41,254 nt of DNA. Origin: Octopus sinensis (lineage: Eukaryota). Positions 35,085 through 41,254 of the stretch are shown here, piece by piece. The position numbers and the translations under genes are program-made. The stretch's first letter is position 1. The number at the start of each line of letters is the position of its first letter. The stretch covers positions 1 to 41,254 of the forward strand of contig NW_021835315.1 of assembly GCF_006345805.1 (NCBI RefSeq). The letters are read 5' to 3'. The notes beneath the pieces are model-generated. The model ran no database searches, was not told where the DNA came from, and was given only the letters and a program-made list of their open reading frames with translations.

Positions 35085-35402
35085 CCTCTTTCGGTCATGA
35101 ATGACTATGGGATTACACTTAGAAAGTTCCCCTCCGAGGCACAAGTCCAGGCAAGGTTGTTCATGGAAGACCAGCAGTTGCCCATATATACCAGCCTCTC
35201 CTCTCCTGCTGATGTTATCCAAGGGAAAGGCAAAGGGGCCGATACAGTTTGGCTCCAGTGATGTCACAACTCATTTTTACAGCTGAGTGAACTGGAGCAA
35301 CGTGAAATAAAGTGTCTTGCTCAAGAACACAGCACACAGCCCAGTCCAGGAATTGAATTCATTACATCACAATTGCGAGCCTGATGCTCTAACCACTGAG
35401 CC
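35085..35402 (-). mobile_element. tRNA-head SINE (family D)
   Basis: Minus strand begins ggctcagtggttagagc (A box)...gaattcaattcc (B box)...ttcttgagcaagacac (CORE-like). Confidence 0.8.
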
Positions 35403-36065
35403 TTGCACCTTTGTGTGTGTGTGTGTGTGTACACACATCAATATCTTCATCATCATGTAACATACATTTACCATGCTGGCATAGGATGAACAGTTTATCA
35501 GGAACTGCCCCGGAGTCCATAGTCTGTTTTGAGATGGCTTCTACAGCTTGATGCCCTTCCTAACCAACAACCGATGGGCTTCTTTCATTTTCCACCAACC
35601 AAATTCACTCACAAGGCTTTGGTCTGCCTCAGGGCTATTGTGGCTGATATTAGCCCAAATTTCAATGCAGTGGCACCAAATCCAAAACCATGCGGCTTAG
35701 CAGCAAACTCCTTACCATTCAGCCATGGCAGCATCTTTTCCTGTTTCCTAGTAATTAAATTAGCTACTGGTGTTTGCTGTTTGAAATAAGTGTTCCTGGG
35801 TGGTCGACTCTGATCTGATCCATCAGTCTGTATTACCCTGGTCTGACATTAGACATTTATGTTGTTAAGAGATCATCATCATCAGCATTGTTACAGTTTG
35901 TTACTATAACAACAATTACAGTGTGGGTGGTGGTGGGAGGGAAGAAGTGCAGGGGAGTGGGGGAGAGAAAATTATGTGAAGAATTTCTGTTGTTAATTTA
36001 CATTTAATATTGGAAAATAAAAAATACATAATGTGTGTGTAGAAATTTGTGTGTATGTATGTGTA

Positions 36066-36098
<33 letters not shown>

Positions 36099-36143
36099 GT
36101 TTGTGTGTATGTATGCATGTATGTATCTATGTGTGTGTATGTA

Positions 36144-36180
<37 letters not shown>

Positions 36181-36299
36181 GTATATGTTTGTGTGTATGT
36201 ATGGTATTTATGTTTCTGAGCTTATCCCATTGACTTTTGACTTGTTGGTTTGGATTCCTTCCAGCTAAATTTTGGCAATTCTTTAATCTTTTTTTTTTC

Positions 36300-36645
36300 C
36301 TTTCATTCGTTTCAGCTATTAGATTGTGGCCATGCTGGGGCACCACCTTGATGAATTTTTAGGTGAATGAATCAACCCCCAGCACTTTTTTCCTGGTACT
36401 TATTCTGTTGGTCCTAAGTTATGGTATCATTAACACACCAACATCAGTTGTTAAAGTGGTGGTAAAGGACGAACACTCCCACACACGTATATACGATGGG
36501 CTTCTTTCTGTTTCCATCTACCAAATCCACTCACAAGGTTTTGGCTGATCCAAGGCTATAGTAGAAGATACTTGCCCAAGGTGCCACACAGTGGAGCTGA
36601 ACCCAGAACCATTTGTTTGGGATACAAGCTTCTTATCACACAGGC
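36300..36645 (-). mobile_element. Family A SINE, diverged
   Basis: Tail and head motifs are recognisable. Confidence 0.75.
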
Positions 36646-36670
36646 CTGAAATTTGGTAGGGAGGGGACTA

Positions 36671-36830
36671 GGCAATTACAACGACCCCAGTATTCAGCTG
36701 GTACTTTATTGACCTCAAAAGGATGAAAAGCCAAGTCAATCTCAACAGAATTTGAACTCAGAACATAGAGATGAATGAAATACTGTTAAGTATTTTGCCT
36801 GGTGTGCTAACAATTCTGTCAGCTCACCAC
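36671..36830 (-). mobile_element. Family B SINE
   Basis: Matches 14131-14349. Confidence 0.75.
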
Positions 36831-37104
36831 GTTGATGATGATAATAATGTTTCTTTATTAGCCACACATGGCGGCACACAGACGGAACAGATTACAAAGT
36901 AGAGCTTTCCTTTTTGGGGAGAAAAAAAAAGTGGGGTAGGTTTTCGATCAAAAGGGATCGTAGAAGGGAAAGAAAAAAAAATGATCAATAGAGATCATGT
37001 ATCACAGAAATGTCATTGATGTAAGGTGTAAAGGGGGAAGCAGATAAGGTTTATCTGTAGAAAGAAAAGCCTAGGGAAAAGACCATGGTAACCTCGGTCA
37101 ATAG

Positions 37105-37331
37105 GGTGGCAAGCTGGCAGAATCATTAGCATGCTGGGCGAAATGCTTAGTGGTATTTTCGTCTGCTGTTATGTTCTGAGTTCAAATTCCACTGAGGTTG
37201 ACTTTGCCTTTCATCCTTTCAGGGTCGATTAAATAAGTACCAGTTATGCACTGGGTTTGATGTAATCGACTTAAGACCTTTGTCCTTGTTTGTCCCCTCT
37301 ATGTTTAGCCCTCTGTGGGCAATAAAGAAAT
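37105..37331 (+). mobile_element. Family B SINE, full length
   Basis: ggtggcaagctggcag...gagttcaaattcc...gcctttcatcctttcagggtcgattaaataagtaccag...gggcaataaagaaat. Confidence 0.85.
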
Positions 37332-37620
37332 AGATAATAATTTTTTCTAATTTTGAGAGGAGGGGGCAAGTTGATTACATTGACCTCAGTACCTGACTGG
37401 TACTTTATTTTCTACAGTATCCAGCTGTAGAAAATCTGCCTCGATATATTCCATCTGATCCATGCAAGCACTGAAAAGTGGACGTTAAACCCATGACATT
37501 GATGACCCACATGCATAACAAAATTCTATGCAGGGTAAAATTAATTAATCAATTTATAATTAATAATCTTACCATGTAGATCGGTATGTTAAAAGAACCA
37601 TTATCGGTAGCCTTATACAA

Positions 37621-37862
37621 AAATTTTTGTAATTATAAACATAATTATAATTAGGGTTTAGCAAAATTGCTTCACTACATACCAAAATTTAGAAATAGCA
37701 GTTAAATACTATTCTACTACCATAAGATATCTCCCAGACAGCAATACTCTCAACTCACACAGGTAGTAGAATAGTATTTAACTGCTATTTCTAAATTTCA
37801 GTATGTGGTGAAGCAATTTTGCTAAACCCTAACTATAATTATGTTTATAATTATAAAAATTT
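37621..37862. repeat. Foldback inverted repeat with about 101-bp arms and 40-bp spacer
   Basis: 37621-37721 is the reverse complement of 37762-37862 with few mismatches. A related diverged half occurs at about 30735-30810. Confidence 0.9.
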
Positions 37863-37980
37863 ATATATATTATATATATATGTATATAAAGTTATAATTA
37901 TAATGAGTATGGAGACTTGTTCATCCTCAAATTTTATTTTCTCTTATTTTACAATTTGTACGGTATATTATAATAACATA

Positions 37981-38492
37981 CCGTAAATCCTCGAGTATGA
38001 TCCGCATTTTTTTCCCGAAATTTAAAGGTCAAAATCCCTAGTGCGTACTATATACGAGGTTAAAAATGAAAATTATTTTCTAAGCAATGTCCGAGTCTCT
38101 ATTTGCTGTCCGGCAATGTTTATTCAGACGCATTTTGTGATGTCGGGTGCAAAAATACCATAAACTAAGCCTGAAAGCAATGAAGTCGTAAAAGAATCCT
38201 CTATAACTTGCAGTAAGCAACATTTATTAAACGTTATTACTGTTATTTCTTTATTTTCTGCAAATGAAATGCACAAAAAAACTACACATTTGCATTATAT
38301 TATATACACAATAATAATAAAGGATGGTACCGTATATATTTTTACAAACCAAGGATGTCATATAGACCTCCTTGACTCAAGTTAGAGAAGGGGTGCGTAT
38401 TATACAAAAGGTTTAAGTTTTTCAGAGGTACAGCCCCCTAAATGTCCCCTGCATATTATACTCAAGGGCGGACTATACTCGAGGATTTACGG
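37981..38492. mobile_element. Tc2/pogo-like MITE
   Basis: TA|CCGTAAATCCTCGAGTATGATCCGC ... GCGGACTATACTCGAGGATTTACGG|TA. Confidence 0.88.
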
Positions 38493-39749
38493 TACACGTT
38501 TCCACTGCACTTAGTGGTAGTTGCAGATGCAGCATGGTGCTATTATTGGTGCAGCTTCTTCAGGGTCTGCCAGTCCCAAAGCAAACTGAGTGGAATTAGG
38601 TTGTTTTTTTTGTTAGTTAGTGTTGTGGTGGTGGTGGTGGTGGGGGCATGTTGGAAATGAAACTGGATTCATTTGCAGGCTTTGCAATGTGAATACTGAA
38701 TTACTCATCGGAGAAATTCACAGAGTGACTGACAACTAAGAGTAGTTATGGACGTTAAATACTGATTGATGTGGTTAGCCGTAAACTAGAACTTAACTAT
38801 GAGCCACCATGGCATTCGCCTAAATGATATCTCCCTCCAAACATAAAAGTGCCTATACAGTGCCACGTAGAGGCACCCAGTACACTCTGAAAAGTGGTTG
38901 GTGTAAGGAAGGGAATCCAGCTGTTGAAACCATGCTAAATCAGACTGGAGTCTGGTGCAGCTCCCCAGCTTGCCAGCTCTAGTCCAACTGTTCAACCCAT
39001 GCCATAATGGACAACAGACATTAAATGATGGTGATACATTTATTAATATCTATTATGTTATATTTATAGTATATTATATTATATTATAAATTGTTAGATT
39101 GTCAGTTATATTTCTCTATTTTATTGTTTGTATTTTATATATATAAACAAGCCACCTATATTGTGTATTTAATATATTTTAATACATCAATATATGGTAA
39201 TATCTCATTGTATTTACACACACATAAAAGAGAGAAAGAGAGAGAGATCTGTGTATTAGCTTTTTTTAGGAAGTGAAGTACTACTTGAAGTTTGCACCAC
39301 TCTTGGAAAAGACAAAACGTTTCTTTCTTTTTTCTTTTATAAATTCATAGCTTTGTCAGCTTTGAACACATACCTAGTGTACAAAAGCAATTATCTGGTT
39401 TTAAGCTTTCAGAAACATTTAGGTTGTGATGTATGTACATGTACCCTACTAAAAATTTACCTGATGAAAATAATTTACTTTTACGTGGAAGATAACTTAA
39501 ATGATTTATTGTGAGCACAGAGTTTGTGTTTGTGTGTTTGTTTGTTGGTTTTACGCCTCACCATCTCCATTAATTCAAACATTATTGACAGTTTACTCAT
39601 CCCCATTAACAGTAACATGAATTTCTAGAGTTTGAAAGAAAACCACACACACACATACACACACACATATGCACAACCATCAAACAAACAAGCAATAAAT
39701 TGTACTTGTTTTTTTTTTCCAATGAAAGCTAATTTCTAATCGTTGATCT

Positions 39750-39940
39750 TTTACTTATTTCAGTCATATGAACTACATTCTTATGACGAGGCTTCTTTCA
39801 GTTTCCATCTACGAAATCTACACACAAGGTTTTGATCAGCATGAGGCCATGGTAGAAGACACTTGCCCAAGATACCTCACAGTGCAATTGAACCCAAGAC
39901 CACATGGTTGGGAAGTAAGCTTCTCGGCCATGCTTGCACC
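39750..39940 (-). mobile_element. Family A SINE, partial
   Basis: Head half, reverse complement. Confidence 0.7.
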
Positions 39941-40136
39941 TAATTCCATCTATTTTATAGACAGACCCCCCCCCATCGATATTAGTGTCACATAAAAAAA
40001 AGAAAGTGTTGGTGCCATGTAAAATGCACCCAGTCCACTCTGTAAAGGGGTTGGCATTAAGAAGAGTGTTCAATTGTAGAAACCACACCAAAGCAGACAA
40101 TTGGGGCCTGCTATAATCCTCTGGTTTGTCAGCTTA

Positions 40137-40360
40137 TTTCTTTATTGCCCACAAGGGGCTAAACGTAGAGGGGACAAACAAGGACAGACAAAGGGATTAA
40201 GACATCGACCCCAATGTGTAACTGGTACTTAATTTATTGACCCCGAAAGGATGAAAGGCAAAGTCGACCTCGGTGGAATTTGAACTCAGAATATAAAGAC
40301 AGACGAAATACCACTAAGCATTTTGCCTGGCCTGCTTAACGCTTCAGCCAGCTCGCTGCC
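40137..40360 (-). mobile_element. Family B SINE, full length
   Basis: Matches 14131-14349. Confidence 0.85.
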
Positions 40361-40444
40361 TTTGTCAACTTATGTCAAACCATCCAACCCATGCCAACAT
40401 GGAAATCCAATATTAAATGTTAATAAATATTGTAAGATATATAA

Positions 40445-40650
40445 GGCAGTGGGCTAGCAGAATTGTTACCACACCAGGCAAAATGCTGCTAAATATTTTA
40501 TCTGTCTTCGTGTTCTGAGTTCAAATTCCACCTCCAAAGTCAGCATTTCCTTTTGTCCCTTCAAGGTCAATAAAATGAGTACCAGTTAAGCACTGGGATC
40601 GATGTAATCGACTGTCCTCCTCCCCAAAAATTTCGGGCCTTCTACCAAAA
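40445..40650 (+). mobile_element. Family B SINE, diverged (another partial copy at about 40770-40930)
   Basis: Head, B box and core are recognisable. Confidence 0.72.
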
Positions 40651-41079
40651 TTTGAAGCTAATATTCTAGTATATATTCACATAACTCCAGATAAAAATAG
40701 TCAGTATTTCCATCATTATAATTGATCAATTTTGACATGCCACAAAGAATGGCATAATGCAGTCTGTGGTAATTCTGTCGAGGTTGACTTTGCCTTTTAT
40801 CCTTTCAGGGTGGATTAAATAAGTACCAGTTACGCACTGGGGTCGATGTAATCAACTTAATCCCTTTATCTGTCTTTATTTGTCCCTTTTATGTTTGCCC
40901 CACCTCTTCCCTGTGAGCAGTGAAGAAATAAATATTTTGGTAGAATGAGTCAAAGGTTTGAGTTTCAATTCCTGCATGAAAATGTTTTTATTTAGAACTT
41001 ATTTTGACATGTCCAGGAAAGGGATGAATTCCGCCAAATCTCATAACTGTGTTACTGAAATTTGTTTGTAAAATAGACA

Positions 41080-41235
41080 GGCATGGTTGTGTGGATAAGT
41101 TTGCCTCCCAGTCTCATGGTTCTGGGTTCAGTCTCATTGCATGGCACCTTGGGCAAGTATCTTACACTGTAGCCTCAGACCAACCATAGCCTTGAGAGTG
41201 GGTTTGGTACAGGGAGTCTGAAAGAAGCCTGTCAT
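41080..41235 (+). mobile_element. Family A SINE head, partial
   Basis: ggcatggttgtgtgg...ggttcagtctc...caccttgggcaagt. Confidence 0.72.
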
Positions 41236-41254
41236 ATATCTTTTGCTTTTTACT

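Noticed and set aside
35340-35402. tRNA-like A and B boxes (also in SINE family A and B heads)
   Set aside because: No complete cloverleaf. These are SINE heads continuing into repeat bodies.

Overview
AT-rich eukaryotic intergenic or intronic DNA made almost entirely of transposon remnants and microsatellites. The SINE families resemble those I know from coleoid cephalopods (Octopus-like); this is recognition, not a database result. No intact host CDS, rRNA, tRNA or CRISPR array can be supported. Identifiable elements are a CR1-type LINE RT fragment, several Penelope-like (PLE) remnants, a stack of Helitron sequences including a RepHel pseudogene, a near-full-length mariner, MITEs (mariner-, piggyBac-, Tc2/pogo- and long-TIR types), an RTE 3' fragment and four abundant SINE-like families. 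The most interesting signal is invisible to the ORF track: five minimal type I hammerhead ribozyme (HHR) motifs from four unrelated families lie within the first 24 kb, each family with its own self-complementary stem III. One family sits in a rearranged 353-bp tandem, retrozyme-like unit with HHRs on opposite strands. For another family, a second truncated copy begins at the predicted self-cleavage site.
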